DNA of 64,000 nucleotides from Escherichia coli (GTDB lineage Bacteria; Pseudomonadota; Gammaproteobacteria; Enterobacterales; Enterobacteriaceae): NCBI RefSeq assembly GCF_029227855.1, contig NZ_CP074356.1; one strand, 5' to 3'. Shown piece by piece: positions 1 to 14,000 of this stretch (position 1 is its first letter; each line of letters starts with the position of its first letter). The notes under the pieces were generated by a model. It saw only the letters and a program-made list of their open reading frames with translations, ran no database searches and was not told where the DNA came from. The position numbers and the translations under genes were made by a program.

Positions 1-1969
1 GGTGATGAAACTCGACCCCACGCGCGCGACGCCTGCGGTTATTAACAACGACGGTCTGAACTACGTTCCGACCAACCGTTACGTGTTGTTTGGTCACCAC
101 TTCGCCGCTATCGCCGGTGCTGGTCCGCTGGTCGGTCCGGTTCTCGCCGCACAGATGGGCTACCTGCCTGGCACGCTGTGGCTGCTGGCGGGGGTAGTGC
201 TGGCCGGTGCGGTACAGGACTTTATGGTGCTGTTTATCTCCTCTCGCCGTAACGGCGCATCTCTCGGTGAGATGATCAAAGAAGAGATGGGACCAGTACC
301 GGGGACTATCGCGCTGTTTGGCTGTTTCTTAATCATGATCATCATCCTCGCCGTTCTGGCGCTGATTGTGGTTAAAGCCCTGGCCGAAAGTCCGTGGGGT
401 GTCTTCACCGTTTGCTCAACCGTACCAATTGCGCTGTTTATGGGTATCTACATGCGCTTTATCCGTCCGGGGCGTGTGGGTGAAGTCTCTGTCATTGGTA
501 TCGTGCTGCTGGTTGCCTCTATCTACTTCGGTGGCGTGATTGCTCACGATCCGTACTGGGGTCCGGCACTGACCTTTAAAGACACCACCATTACCTTCGC
601 GCTGATTGGCTATGCGTTTGTTTCCGCGCTGCTGCCGGTGTGGCTGATCCTCGCACCACGCGACTATCTGGCAACCTTCCTGAAAATCGGCGTTATCGTC
701 GGCCTGGCGCTGGGTATCGTGGTGCTGAACCCGGAACTGAAAATGCCTGCGATGACCCAGTACATTGACGGTACTGGCCCGCTGTGGAAAGGCGCTCTGT
801 TCCCGTTCCTGTTCATCACCATCGCCTGTGGTGCGGTATCTGGCTTCCACGCACTGATCTCTTCCGGTACGACGCCGAAACTGCTGGCTAACGAAACCGA
901 CGCGCGTTTCATTGGCTACGGCGCAATGCTGATGGAGTCCTTCGTGGCGATTATGGCGCTGGTTGCTGCGTCCATCATCGAACCGGGTCTTTACTTCGCG
1001 ATGAACACCCCGCCTGCTGGCCTTGGCATCACCATGCCTAACCTGCATGAAATGGGTGGCGAGAACGCGCCGATCATCATGGCGCAGCTGAAAGACGTTA
1101 CCGCACACGCGGCAGCGACCGTCAGCTCCTGGGGCTTCGTGATTTCGCCAGAGCAGATCCTGCAAACCGCGAAAGACATTGGTGAGCCTTCTGTCCTGAA
1201 CCGTGCAGGTGGTGCGCCGACGCTGGCGGTAGGTATCGCTCACGTGTTCCACAAAGTGCTGCCGATGGCTGACATGGGCTTCTGGTATCACTTCGGTATT
1301 CTGTTCGAAGCCCTGTTCATCCTGACCGCGCTGGATGCGGGTACTCGTTCTGGCCGCTTTATGCTGCAAGACCTGCTGGGTAACTTCATCCCGTTCCTGA
1401 AAAAAACCGACTCTCTGGTTGCTGGTATCATCGGTACTGCGGGCTGTGTGGGTCTGTGGGGCTACCTGCTGTATCAGGGCGTGGTCGATCCGCTGGGCGG
1501 CGTTAAGAGCCTGTGGCCGCTGTTCGGTATCTCCAACCAGATGCTGGCAGCCGTGGCGCTGGTACTGGGTACCGTTGTGCTGATTAAGATGAAGCGCATC
1601 CAATACATCTGGGTAACTGTTGTTCCGGCTGTATGGCTGCTTATCTGCACCACCTGGGCGCTGGGTCTGAAACTGTTCAGTACCAACCCGCAGATGGAAG
1701 GCTTCTTCTACATGGCAAGCCAGTACAAAGAGAAGATTGCTAACGGTACTGACCTGACGGCGCAGCAGATTGCCAACATGAACCACATCGTTGTGAACAA
1801 CTACACCAACGCAGGCCTGAGTATTCTGTTCCTGATTGTGGTGTACAGCATCATCTTCTACGGTTTCAAAACTTGGCTTGCGGTGCGTAACAGCGACAAA
1901 CGTACTGACAAAGAAACACCGTACGTTCCAATCCCGGAAGGCGGCGTGAAGATCTCTTCGCACCACTAA
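1..1969 (+). CDS. btsT: Pyruvate/proton symporter BtsT (CstA family), 5'-partial at window edge
   Basis: 655-aa ORF from position 2 is a polytopic membrane protein matching the BtsT/YjiY sequence from its internal MKLDPTRATPAVINNDGLNYVPTN region to the C-terminus; the N-terminus lies outside the window. Confidence 0.9.
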   Translation, partial: VMKLDPTRATPAVINNDGLNYVPTNRYVLFGHHFAAIAGAGPLVGPVLAAQMGYLPGTLWLLAGVVLAGAVQDFMVLFISSRRNGASLGEMIKEEMGPVPGTIALFGCFLIMIIILAVLALIVVKALAESPWGVFTVCSTVPIALFMGIYMRFIRPGRVGEVSVIGIVLLVASIYFGGVIAHDPYWGPALTFKDTTITFALIGYAFVSALLPVWLILAPRDYLATFLKIGVIVGLALGIVVLNPELKMPAMTQYIDGTGPLWKGALFPFLFITIACGAVSGFHALISSGTTPKLLANETDARFIGYGAMLMESFVAIMALVAASIIEPGLYFAMNTPPAGLGITMPNLHEMGGENAPIIMAQLKDVTAHAAATVSSWGFVISPEQILQTAKDIGEPSVLNRAGGAPTLAVGIAHVFHKVLPMADMGFWYHFGILFEALFILTALDAGTRSGRFMLQDLLGNFIPFLKKTDSLVAGIIGTAGCVGLWGYLLYQGVVDPLGGVKSLWPLFGISNQMLAAVALVLGTVVLIKMKRIQYIWVTVVPAVWLLICTTWALGLKLFSTNPQMEGFFYMASQYKEKIANGTDLTAQQIANMNHIVVNNYTNAGLSILFLIVVYSIIFYGFKTWLAVRNSDKRTDKETPYVPIPEGGVKISSHH

Positions 1970-1978
1970 CCGTGTTTA

Positions 1979-2005
1979 GCCCCGCTTCGGCGGGGCTTTG
2001 TTCTT
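1979..2005 (+). terminator. Rho-independent terminator downstream of btsT
   Basis: GC stem gccccgc/gcggggc with ttcg loop followed by tttgttctt, immediately after the btsT stop. Confidence 0.5.
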
Positions 2006-2018
2006 ATCAGAGTGAACT

Positions 2019-2222
2019 ATGTTTGGTAACTTAGGACAGGCAAAAAAATATCTCGGCCAGGCGGCGAAGATGTTGATTGGCATTCCAGACTACGACAACT
2101 ACGTCGAGCATATGAAGACCAACCATCCCGACAAGCCGTACATGAGCTATGAAGAATTCTTCCGCGAACGCCAGAATGCACGCTACGGCGGCGATGGTAA
2201 AGGCGGTATGCGCTGTTGTTAA
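2019..2222 (+). CDS. yjiX: Small conserved protein YjiX (DUF466 family)
   Basis: 67-aa [36 protein letters not shown]... directly downstream of btsT, as in K-12. Confidence 0.85.
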
Positions 2223-2232
2223 TGGAGAGAGC

Positions 2233-3189
2233 ATGAACCCGATTGCAGTTACCCTACTCACCGGTTTTTTAGGCGCGGGCAAAACCACCCTGCTGCGCCA
2301 TATTCTTAACGAACAACACGGCTACAAGATTGCCGTGATTGAAAACGAATTCGGCGAAGTCTCCGTTGATGATCAACTGATTGGCGACCGCGCCACGCAG
2401 ATCAAAACGCTGACCAACGGCTGCATCTGCTGTTCGCGCTCCAACGAGCTGGAAGACGCACTACTCGACCTGCTGGATAATCTCGACAAGGGCAATATTC
2501 AGTTCGACCGTCTGGTCATTGAATGCACCGGCATGGCCGATCCCGGCCCGATTATTCAGACCTTTTTCTCCCATGAGATTTTATGCCAGCGTTACCTGCT
2601 GGACGGTGTGATTGCGCTGGTGGATGCGGTACATGCCGACGAGCAGATGAACCAGTTCACCATCGCCCAGTCCCAGGTTGGCTACGCCGACCGTATTCTG
2701 CTGACCAAAACCGACGTCGCAGGCGAAGCAGAAAAACTGCGTGAACGCCTGGCGCGCATCAACGCCCGTGCACCGGTCTACACCGTCACCCACGGCGACA
2801 TCGACCTGGGCCTGCTGTTCAACACCAACGGTTTTATGCTGGAAGAGAACGTCGTCAGCACCAAACCGCGTTTCCACTTTATCGCGGATAAACAAAACGA
2901 TATTTCGTCGATTGTGGTAGAACTGGATTACCCGGTAGATATCAGCGAAGTTTCCCGGGTGATGGAAAACCTGCTTCTGGAATCGGCAGATAAACTGCTG
3001 CGTTACAAAGGGATGCTGTGGATTGACGGCGAACCTAACCGCCTGCTGTTCCAGGGCGTCCAGCGCCTCTACAGCGCCGACTGGGACCGCCCGTGGGGCG
3101 ATGAAAAACCACATAGCACAATGGTGTTTATCGGGATTCAGTTGCCGGAGGAAGAGATTCGGGCAGCGTTTGCGGGGTTGAGGAAGTAA
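2233..3189 (+). CDS. yjiA: COG0523/CobW-family GTPase YjiA
   Basis: ATG at 2233 gives 318 aa; P-loop GFLGAGKTTLL and a CICC motif typical of the family. Confidence 0.9.
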   Translation: MNPIAVTLLTGFLGAGKTTLLRHILNEQHGYKIAVIENEFGEVSVDDQLIGDRATQIKTLTNGCICCSRSNELEDALLDLLDNLDKGNIQFDRLVIECTGMADPGPIIQTFFSHEILCQRYLLDGVIALVDAVHADEQMNQFTIAQSQVGYADRILLTKTDVAGEAEKLRERLARINARAPVYTVTHGDIDLGLLFNTNGFMLEENVVSTKPRFHFIADKQNDISSIVVELDYPVDISEVSRVMENLLLESADKLLRYKGMLWIDGEPNRLLFQGVQRLYSADWDRPWGDEKPHSTMVFIGIQLPEEEIRAAFAGLRK

Positions 3190-3200
3190 TTTTGGATGAT

Positions 3201-3231
3201 GGCCGCCATGTGGCGGCCTGAATTATTTTTT
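3201..3231. terminator. Hairpin between convergent yjiA and brnA-like gene, likely bidirectional terminator
   Basis: ggccgcca-tg-tggcggcc inverted repeat followed by a T-run. Confidence 0.4.
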
Positions 3232-3525
3232 GTTCTGATCGCGCAGCATCGCTTCACGTAAAATTGCGTTCAGGCGAGTTTGATAGCCTTTACCTGGTCG
3301 CTTCAACCATTCCATCACATCAGCATCAATACGCACCGAAGCCTGAGTTTTCAATGGCCGATAAAACTTACCGCGTTCGGCGTTAGACCATTGCTCATCG
3401 CTGGAAGGTGGGATATCACTGTAATCAATATCTTCGTCGGATTTATTCGTCAGCGCCTTCAGTTCGGCCTCATGCTGCACATCGAGTGTAGAGGAGGTCC
3501 CTCGTTTATGTTTAACCATGCTCAT
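3223..3525 (-). CDS. brnA: BrnA-like antitoxin (ribbon-helix-helix type)
   Basis: Likely start MSMVKHKRG with GAGGAA Shine-Dalgarno upstream; C-terminus ...RIDADVMEWLKRPGKGYQTRLNAILREAM is typical of BrnA; overlaps the upstream toxin gene. Confidence 0.65.
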   Translation of the reverse strand: MSMVKHKRGTSSTLDVQHEAELKALTNKSDEDIDYSDIPPSSDEQWSNAERGKFYRPLKTQASVRIDADVMEWLKRPGKGYQTRLNAILREAMLRDQNKK

Positions 3526-3826
3526 AGCGATTCCTCTCTTTACGATCTGCTTTTCGTGCACTGATGATTCGAATAATTTCATTTCCGCTTTCGAAACGGA
3601 TGGTATGCGCAACCAGAATAACCACGATGCCGTAAACCAGGCCGATTGTCTGCCAGCGATACTCACCGTTTTCTATGCGTTCTTGCTGTGACAAATGTTG
3701 TGGATCATCAAACAATAACACCGCATCTTCAAAGCGGATGCCATGTTTCACCCGATTACTTTTGGCCTTGTTTTCATCCCATTCAAACTCCATTGGCATA
3801 ATTGCCATCCCTAATTGTATATACAA
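3512..3826 (-). CDS. brnT: BrnT-like toxin (DUF497 ribonuclease family)
   Basis: MEFEWDENKAKSNRVKHGIRFEDAVLLFDD motif typical of BrnT/DUF497; true start probably the internal MPMEFEWD; gene overlaps brnA. Confidence 0.65.
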   Translation of the reverse strand: MYIQLGMAIMPMEFEWDENKAKSNRVKHGIRFEDAVLLFDDPQHLSQQERIENGEYRWQTIGLVYGIVVILVAHTIRFESGNEIIRIISARKADRKERNRYEHG

Positions 3827-3997
3827 AAATGTATCTACAATTATTCTGCAATTATAGCGTTGATGTTGGAAATAGCATCACGTTTCGAATAATCAACCAT
3901 GAAATTGACAATGAGTAAGTTGGACTTGATTCATCCAATAGAATTTCTCGCCTGACATGGCACACTAAACACCTCGCTGTCGGGTAATGACTCCAAC

Positions 3998-4500
3998 TTA
4001 CTGATAGTGTTTTATGTTCAGATAATGCCCGATGACCTTGTCATGCAGCTCCACCGATTTTGAGAACGACAGTGACTTCCGTCCCAGCCTTGCCAGATGT
4101 TGTCTCAGATTCAGATTATGTCGCTCAATGCGCTGAGTGTAACGCTTGCTGATAACGTGCAGCTTTCCCTTCAGGCGTGATTCATACAGCGGCCAGCCAT
4201 CCGTCATCTATACTACGACCTCAAAGGCCGACAGCAGGCTCAGAAGACGCTCCAGTGTGGCCAGAGTGCGTTCACCGAAGACGTGGCCACAACCGTCTTC
4301 CGAAGCCTGTCATACGCGTAAAACAGCCAGCGCTGGCGCGATTTAGCCCCGACATAGCCCCACTGTTCGTCCATTTCCGCGCAGATAATCACATCACTGC
4401 CCGGTTGTATGCGCGAGGTTACCGACTGCGGCCTGAGTTTTTTAAGTGACGTAAAACCGTGTTGAGGCCAACGCCCATAATGCGTGCACTGGCGCGACAT
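3998..4500 (-). pseudogene. insB: IS1 insB, frameshifted
   Basis: InsB sequence is split between ORFs 4240-4500 and 3998-4207; the reading frame is lost around 4210-4260. Confidence 0.75.
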
Positions 4501-4694
4501 CCGACGCCATTCATGGCCATATCAATGATTTTCTGGTGCGTACCGGGCTGAGAGGCGGTGTAAGTGAACTGCAGTTGCCATGTTTTACGGCAATGAGAGC
4601 AGAGATAGCGCTGATGTCCGGCAGTGCTTTTGCCGTTACGCACCACGCCTTCAGTAGCGGAGCAGGAAGGACATCTGATGGAAATGGAAGCCAC
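4419..4694 (-). CDS. insA: IS1 InsA
   Basis: 91-aa [46 protein letters not shown]... matches IS1 InsA. Confidence 0.9.
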   Translation of the reverse strand: MASISIRCPSCSATEGVVRNGKSTAGHQRYLCSHCRKTWQLQFTYTASQPGTHQKIIDMAMNGVGCRASARIMGVGLNTVLRHLKNSGRSR

Positions 4695-5007
4695 GCAAGC
4701 ACCTTAAAATCACCATCATACACTAAATCAGTAAGTTGGCAGCATTACCAAATTTTAATTACACTTAAGGTGTATATTTTCTATGCAAGCCATCAATTAA
4801 AGAGGTGTAATGTGCTGATGACTATTTGTAATCGTTATACATTCTGACCTGGAGTCAGAAGGTATTTCTCTGTCTGTGTATTCGCAGGCAGTGTGGTTGA
4901 TTACATGAAATTCAGTACATTTGTCCTTCTCGCCTGCCTTTCGTCATTACCGACGGTATTGAATTTCGTTTTCCCCATTGGGTTCTCCGGACAAGGAGTT
5001 GTTTGTT

Positions 5008-6240
5008 ATGCCACGTTTTTTTGCCCGCCATGCCGCCACGCTGTTTTTCCCGATGGCGTTGATTTTGTATGACTTTGCTGCGTATCTGTCGACGGACCTG
5101 ATCCAGCCAGGGATCATTAATGTGGTCCGTGATTTTAATGCCGATGTCAGTCTGGCCCCGGCTGCCGTCAGTCTCTATCTCGCTGGAGGCATGGCATTGC
5201 AGTGGCTGCTGGGGCCGCTTTCCGACAGGGTTGGCCGCAGGCCGGTGCTGATTACCGGGGCGCTAATATTTACCCTTGCCTGCGCTGCGACAATGTTCAC
5301 AACGTCTATGACACAGTTTCTTATCGCGCGTGCAATTCAGGGCACCAGTATCTGTTTTATTGCCACCGTTGGTTATGTCACGGTGCAGGAGGCGTTCGGA
5401 CAGACAAAAGGGATCAAGTTGATGGCGATTATCACCTCCATCGTACTGATTGCGCCGATTATTGGCCCGCTTTCCGGCGCAGCTCTGATGCACTTTGTGC
5501 ACTGGAAAGTCCTTTTTGCCATCATTGCGGTTATGGGTTTTATCTCATTTGTTGGCTTACTGCTGGCGATGCCAGAGACGGTGAAGCGCGGCGCGGTTCC
5601 ATTTAGCGCCAAAAGCGTCTTGCGCGATTTTCGTAATGTCTTTTGCAATCGGCTGTTCCTCTTTGGCGCAGCAACCATCTCTTTAAGCTATATCCCCATG
5701 ATGAGTTGGGTGGCTGTCTCGCCGGTGATCCTGATCGACGCGGGCGGCTTAACAACTTCGCAGTTCGCCTGGACACAGGTTCCGGTGTTCGGCGCGGTGA
5801 TTGTCGCGAATGCCATCGTGGCGCGTTTCGTTAAAGATCCGACCGAACCGCGCTTTATCTGGCGTGCCGTACCCCTTCAACTGGTTGGCCTCGCGCTGTT
5901 GATTATCGGCAATCTGCTGTCACCGCACGTCTGGCTGTGGTCGGTGCTGGGCACCAGTCTGTATGCTTTCGGGATTGGTTTGATTTTCCCGACCTTATTC
6001 CGCTTTACGCTGTTTTCCAATAACTTACCGAAAGGGACCGTCTCCGCATCGCTGAATATGGTGATCCTGATGGTGATGTCTGTCTCGGTCGAAATCGGCC
6101 GCTGGCTGTGGTTTAACAGCGGTCGCTTGCCGTTTCATCTGTTAGCCGTTGTGGCAGGCGTTATCGTCGTTTTCACCCTGGCCGGATTGCTTAATCGCGT
6201 GCGCCAACATCAGGCTGCCGAGCTGGCGGAGGAGCGGTGA
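5008..6240 (+). CDS. mdtM: MFS multidrug efflux transporter MdtM
   Basis: Start at [23 protein letters not shown] gives 410 aa, matching K-12 MdtM length and sequence. Confidence 0.9.
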   Translation: MPRFFARHAATLFFPMALILYDFAAYLSTDLIQPGIINVVRDFNADVSLAPAAVSLYLAGGMALQWLLGPLSDRVGRRPVLITGALIFTLACAATMFTTSMTQFLIARAIQGTSICFIATVGYVTVQEAFGQTKGIKLMAIITSIVLIAPIIGPLSGAALMHFVHWKVLFAIIAVMGFISFVGLLLAMPETVKRGAVPFSAKSVLRDFRNVFCNRLFLFGAATISLSYIPMMSWVAVSPVILIDAGGLTTSQFAWTQVPVFGAVIVANAIVARFVKDPTEPRFIWRAVPLQLVGLALLIIGNLLSPHVWLWSVLGTSLYAFGIGLIFPTLFRFTLFSNNLPKGTVSASLNMVILMVMSVSVEIGRWLWFNSGRLPFHLLAVVAGVIVVFTLAGLLNRVRQHQAAELAEER

Positions 6241-6280
6241 TTTTTGCGCGATCCTGCCGTCAGGCTCTATTCTTAACATT

Positions 6281-7561
6281 ATGAATAAACTCATTGAACT
6301 CAGACGCGCCAAAATGTTGGCGCTCTCTTTACTGCTTATCGCCGCTGCTACCTTTGTCGTTACGCTGTTTTTGCCGCCCAATTTTTGGGTGAGCGGCGTG
6401 AAGGCGATTGCTGAAGCGGCGATGGTCGGCGCGCTGGCGGACTGGTTTGCGGTGGTGGCGCTGTTTCGCCGCGTGCCGATTCCGATCATTTCTCGTCATA
6501 CGGCGATTATTCCGCGTAATAAAGACCGGATTGGCGAAAATCTCGGCCAGTTCGTGCAGGAAAAATTTCTCGATACCCAATCGCTGGTGGCATTGATTCG
6601 ACGTCACGAACCGGCGTTGTTGATTGGCAACTGGTTTAGTCAGCCAGAAAACGCCCGCCGCGTTGGTCAGCATCTGTTGCAGATCATGAGCGGTTTTCTT
6701 GAACTAACCGATGATGCGCGTATTCAGCGCCTGCTTAAGCGCGCGGTCCACCGGGCGATTGATAAAGTCGATCTTTCTGGCACCAGTGCGTTGATGCTGG
6801 AGAGTATGACTAAAAACGATCGTCATCAGGTGCTGCTGGATACGCTGATCGCACAGTTGATCGCCCTTCTCCAGCGCGATAAATCGCGCAAGTTTATTGC
6901 CCAGCAAATTGTTCGCTGGCTGGAGAGCGAGCATCCACTGAAAGCCAAAATTTTGCCCACTGAATGGCTGGGCGAACATAGCGCGGAGTTGGTTTCTGAC
7001 GCGGTGAATTCTTTGCTTGATGATATCAGCCGCGATCGTGCGCATCAGATCCGCCATGCGTTTGATCGCGCTACCTTCGCCCTGATCGAGAAACTGAAAA
7101 ACGATCCGGAAATGGCGGCGCGAGCCGATGCCGTAAAAAGCTATCTGAAAGAAGATGAAGCTTTTAACCGCTATCTCAGTGAATTGTGGGGGGATTTACG
7201 GGAATGGCTGAAAGCGGATATCAACAGTGAAGATTCTCGTGTGAAAGAACGTATCGCGCGGGCTGGTCAATGGTTTGGCGAAACGTTAATTGCCGATGAT
7301 GCCTTGCGGGCGTCGTTAAATGGTCATCTGGAACAAGCCGCACACCGCATTGCGCCTGAGTTTTCCGCATTCCTGACTCGCCATATCAGCGACACGGTAA
7401 AAAGCTGGGACGCACGGGACATGTCGCGGCAAATCGAGTTAAATATCGGCAAAGATCTCCAGTTTATCCGTGTCAACGGTACGCTGGTTGGCGGTTGTAT
7501 TGGACTTATTTTGTATTTGCTGTCGCAGCTCCCGGCCTTGTTCCCCCTCGGCAATTTATAG
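6281..7561 (+). CDS. yjiN: DUF445-family inner membrane protein YjiN
   Basis: ATG at 6281 gives 426 aa ([19 protein letters not shown]...); position conserved after mdtM. Confidence 0.85.
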   Translation: MNKLIELRRAKMLALSLLLIAAATFVVTLFLPPNFWVSGVKAIAEAAMVGALADWFAVVALFRRVPIPIISRHTAIIPRNKDRIGENLGQFVQEKFLDTQSLVALIRRHEPALLIGNWFSQPENARRVGQHLLQIMSGFLELTDDARIQRLLKRAVHRAIDKVDLSGTSALMLESMTKNDRHQVLLDTLIAQLIALLQRDKSRKFIAQQIVRWLESEHPLKAKILPTEWLGEHSAELVSDAVNSLLDDISRDRAHQIRHAFDRATFALIEKLKNDPEMAARADAVKSYLKEDEAFNRYLSELWGDLREWLKADINSEDSRVKERIARAGQWFGETLIADDALRASLNGHLEQAAHRIAPEFSAFLTRHISDTVKSWDARDMSRQIELNIGKDLQFIRVNGTLVGGCIGLILYLLSQLPALFPLGNL

Positions 7562-7676
7562 AAATCCATGAAAAACTAAGTGGCTAACCGCGAGAGAGAT
7601 CAAATAAACCACACTAAAAGAATGGTAATAATGTGGCCTCTTTTCATTATCTCCCGTGGTACGGGGAAGGAAAATC

Positions 7677-10784
<3,108 letters not shown>

Positions 10785-10851
10785 CAGGCTGGCATGTTTC
10801 ACCTTTTTGTTATTAACTTGTTAACAACAAAAATGACAAACAAGGTTAAAC

Positions 10852-12030
10852 ATGCCTTCGCCCTCGCATCCCGTAGAACGCTTTTCTTTCAGCACCGCGC
10901 TTTTCGGGATGCTGGTTCTGACCTTAGGTATGGGTTTAGGCCGCTTCCTTTATACGCCTATGTTGCCCGTCATGATGGCGGAAGGATCGTTTTCATTTAG
11001 CCAGCTCTCGTGGATTGCCAGCGGCAACTATGCGGGGTATCTGGCTGGCAGTCTGCTATTTTCGTTTGGCGCATTTCACCAGCCATCGCGCCTGCGCCCA
11101 TTTCTGTTGGCTTCTGCCCTGGCGAGCGGGTTGTTGATCCTCGCAATGGCATGGTTGCTGCCATTTATTCTGGTGTTATTGATTCGCGTCCTGGCGGGTG
11201 TCGCCAGCGCCGGTATGCTGATTTTTGGTTCGACGCTGATTATGCAGCACACGCGCCATCCTTTTGTGCTGGCAGCTTTGTTTTCTGGCGTTGGCATTGG
11301 CATCGCACTGGGCAATGAATATGTTCTGGCAGGCCTGCATTTTGACCTCTCCTCGCAAACGTTATGGCAAGGCGCCGGGGCGCTTTCTGGCATGATGCTG
11401 ATTGCACTTACGCTTTTAATGCCCTCGAAAAAACACGCCATCACACCAATGCCATTGGCAAAAACGGAGCAACAGATAATGAGCTGGTGGTTACTGGCTA
11501 TTCTGTACGGCCTGGCGGGATTTGGTTATATCATCGTCGCGACTTACCTGCCGCTCATGGCGAAAGATGCAGGCTCACCATTGTTAACCGCCCATCTCTG
11601 GACGTTAGTCGGCTTATCAATTGTGCCTGGTTGCTTTGGCTGGCTATGGGCAGCAAAACGTTGGTGGGCTTTGCCCTGCCTGACGGCGAATTTGCTGGTG
11701 CAGGCTATCTGTGTGCTGCTTACTCTCGCCAGCGACTCGCCTCTCTTGCTTATCATCAGCAGTCTTGGTTTTGGCGGTACCTTTATGGGCACGACATCTC
11801 TGGTGATGACTATCGCCCGCCAACTGAGCGTACCGGGAAATCTCAATCTTTTAGGCTTTGTGACGCTCATTTACGGCATTGGACAAATCCTCGGCCCGGC
11901 GCTGACCAGTATGCTCGGCAATGGAACATCGGCGCTTGCCGGCGCCACTCTCTGCGGCGCGGCGGCGTTGTTTATTGCTGCGCTTATCAGCACAGTACAA
12001 TTATTTAAGCTGCAAGTGGTCACTTCATGA
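10852..12030 (+). CDS. yjiJ: MFS-type transporter YjiJ
   Basis: 392-aa polytopic membrane ORF; conserved position. Confidence 0.85.
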   Translation: MPSPSHPVERFSFSTALFGMLVLTLGMGLGRFLYTPMLPVMMAEGSFSFSQLSWIASGNYAGYLAGSLLFSFGAFHQPSRLRPFLLASALASGLLILAMAWLLPFILVLLIRVLAGVASAGMLIFGSTLIMQHTRHPFVLAALFSGVGIGIALGNEYVLAGLHFDLSSQTLWQGAGALSGMMLIALTLLMPSKKHAITPMPLAKTEQQIMSWWLLAILYGLAGFGYIIVATYLPLMAKDAGSPLLTAHLWTLVGLSIVPGCFGWLWAAKRWWALPCLTANLLVQAICVLLTLASDSPLLLIISSLGFGGTFMGTTSLVMTIARQLSVPGNLNLLGFVTLIYGIGQILGPALTSMLGNGTSALAGATLCGAAALFIAALISTVQLFKLQVVTS

Positions 12031-12042
12031 GGAGTGTTTCCC

Positions 12043-12597
12043 TTACCACTCAAGAAATTCGACCGCAACCGTTGATGTCAGCCAGACCCCGTTTTCCGCT
12101 TGCCAGAAAGGGAGGCCTCGTTTCGCCATTTCCTGTGCTTTGACGGTTAAAATAACCGGCGATCCGTGTCTTGCTCCCACTTTGCGTGCCGTTGCTTCAT
12201 CAGCAGAGAGATGTACGTAGTGACGCTCACCTGCAATCAGCCCCTGTTTTTTTATCTCGTCAAGGAAACGGCTTGCCGTACCGTGGTAGAGAAACTGTGG
12301 CGGTGTTTTTTCGGCAAAGGAAATAGCGACCTGCGAAGTCGAATGCCCCTGAACCGCGCGGATGCACCTACCATCACTGGAATAACTAAAACGCTTTTTA
12401 TCGCTGGTGGCAACCACGGTATCCAGCAATGCACGGGTTAACCGCTTGCCCGCTTTTTGGGCACAAAGTATGAGCTTATCGATATCCGCCCATCCTTCAC
12501 GGTCCAGTACGATACCAATCGCCTCCGGTTTGTGTCGGAGGACAAAACTTAAAAACTTGCTCGTATCCGCCAGCTCTTTTTCGTTGTACTTTGCCAT
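12043..12597 (-). CDS. kptA: RNA 2'-phosphotransferase KptA (Tpt1 family)
   Basis: 184-aa [32 protein letters not shown]...; Tpt1-like motifs HGT/RHY. Confidence 0.9.
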   Translation of the reverse strand: MAKYNEKELADTSKFLSFVLRHKPEAIGIVLDREGWADIDKLILCAQKAGKRLTRALLDTVVATSDKKRFSYSSDGRCIRAVQGHSTSQVAISFAEKTPPQFLYHGTASRFLDEIKKQGLIAGERHYVHLSADEATARKVGARHGSPVILTVKAQEMAKRGLPFWQAENGVWLTSTVAVEFLEW

Positions 12598-12846
12598 CGC
12601 GTTTTCGTCCCTGGATTATCTGTTTTTTATTTACTATGTCATTGTCACTGGGTTTATGAATTTTCTGCAACTCAATCCTGCGTAGAACCTTTTCCACACA
12701 GCGTAATTTTACCGCTATGCAAAAAACGCATAGTCAGAAACATACTTGCATTTTCCCCATACCCACATCGCTGATAAGGTTTTTCAGCTCCAGGAATTTT
12801 CCTGGCTCAAGCAACACACAAACACAAAAAAACAATGGGGATTGTT

Positions 12847-13530
12847 ATGACACAACAAGGGGATGCTGTAGCCGGGGAGCTGGCGACAGAAAAAGTGGGC
12901 ATTAAAGGGTATCTGGCTTTTTTTCTCACCATAATCTTTTTTTCCGGTGTTTTTTCCGGGACAGACAGTTGGTGGCGCGTTTTTGATTTTTCCGTTCTGA
13001 ACGGATCGTTTGGGCAACTGCCTGGTGCGAACGGAGCCACCACCTCGTTTCGCGGCGCGGGTGGCGCGGGGGCTAAAGATGGCTTTCTCTTTGCGCTGGA
13101 GCTGGCACCGTCAGTCATTCTCTCTCTGGGGATTATTTCAATTACCGATGGTCTTGGCGGATTACGCGCCGCGCAGCAGTTAATGACGCCAGTGCTAAAA
13201 CCGTTGTTGGGCATTCCAGGGATCTGCTCGCTGGCGCTGATCGCTAACCTGCAAAACACCGATGCCGCCGCAGGTATGACCAAAGAGCTGGCGCAGGAAG
13301 GTGAAATTACCGAACGCGATAAAGTGATTTTCGCCGCATATCAAACCAGCGGTAGCGCCATTATCACCAACTACTTCTCTTCCGGCGTCGCGGTGTTTGC
13401 CTTTCTGGGCACGTCCGTAATCGTACCTTTAGCAGTCATCCTGGTGTTTAAATTTGTCGGAGCCAACATTTTGCGCGTCTGGCTTAACTTCGAAGAACGT
13501 CGCAACCCAACGCAAGGAGCGCAAGCATGA
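12847..13530 (+). CDS. yjiH: Inner membrane protein YjiH
   Basis: Hydrophobic ORF; start probably MTQQGDAV; 4-bp overlap with yjiG. Confidence 0.8.
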   Translation: MTQQGDAVAGELATEKVGIKGYLAFFLTIIFFSGVFSGTDSWWRVFDFSVLNGSFGQLPGANGATTSFRGAGGAGAKDGFLFALELAPSVILSLGIISITDGLGGLRAAQQLMTPVLKPLLGIPGICSLALIANLQNTDAAAGMTKELAQEGEITERDKVIFAAYQTSGSAIITNYFSSGVAVFAFLGTSVIVPLAVILVFKFVGANILRVWLNFEERRNPTQGAQA

Positions 13531-13988
13531 CAACTCAGGTCCGCAAAAACATCATGGATATGTTTATCGATGGTGCGCGCCGTGGCTTTACTATCGCCAC
13601 GACCAACCTGCTGCCAAACGTGGTGATGGCGTTTGTCATCATTCAGGCGCTGAAAATTACCGGCCTGCTCGACTGGGTGGGGCATATCTGTGAACCCGTA
13701 ATGGCGCTGTGGGGATTACCCGGTGAAGCGGCAACCGTCCTTTTAGCCGCATTAATGAGTATGGGTGGCGCAGTCGGTGTTGCCGCCAGTCTGGCAACCG
13801 CTGGCGCATTAACCGGTCACGATGTCACCGTTTTACTGCCCGCGATGTATTTAATGGGCAACCCGGTGCAAAATGTCGGTCGCTGCCTGGGGACAGCCGA
13901 AGTGAATGCCAAATATTACCCGCATATCATTACGGTCTGCGTGATTAACGCATTGCTGTCGATCTGGGTTATGCAGCTTATTGTTTAA
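13527..13988 (+). CDS. yjiG: Inner membrane protein YjiG (SpmB-like)
   Basis: 153-aa membrane ORF coupled to yjiH (ATGA overlap). Confidence 0.85.
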   Translation: MTTQVRKNIMDMFIDGARRGFTIATTNLLPNVVMAFVIIQALKITGLLDWVGHICEPVMALWGLPGEAATVLLAALMSMGGAVGVAASLATAGALTGHDVTVLLPAMYLMGNPVQNVGRCLGTAEVNAKYYPHIITVCVINALLSIWVMQLIV

Positions 13989-14000
13989 CAAGGAGTTACC

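Larger units (their letters stand above)
3983..4749 (-). mobile_element. IS1 copy A (variant; insB disrupted)
   Basis: Terminal repeats ggtaatgactccaactta ... aagttggcagcattacc; intact insA, insB split into two ORFs; no matching 9-bp direct repeats at the flanks. Confidence 0.9.

Noticed and set aside
416-1966. 516-aa ORF on the minus strand spanning almost all of btsT
   Set aside because: It is antisense to a well-supported membrane transporter gene and has an Arg/His/Gln-rich low-complexity composition; an open-frame artefact.
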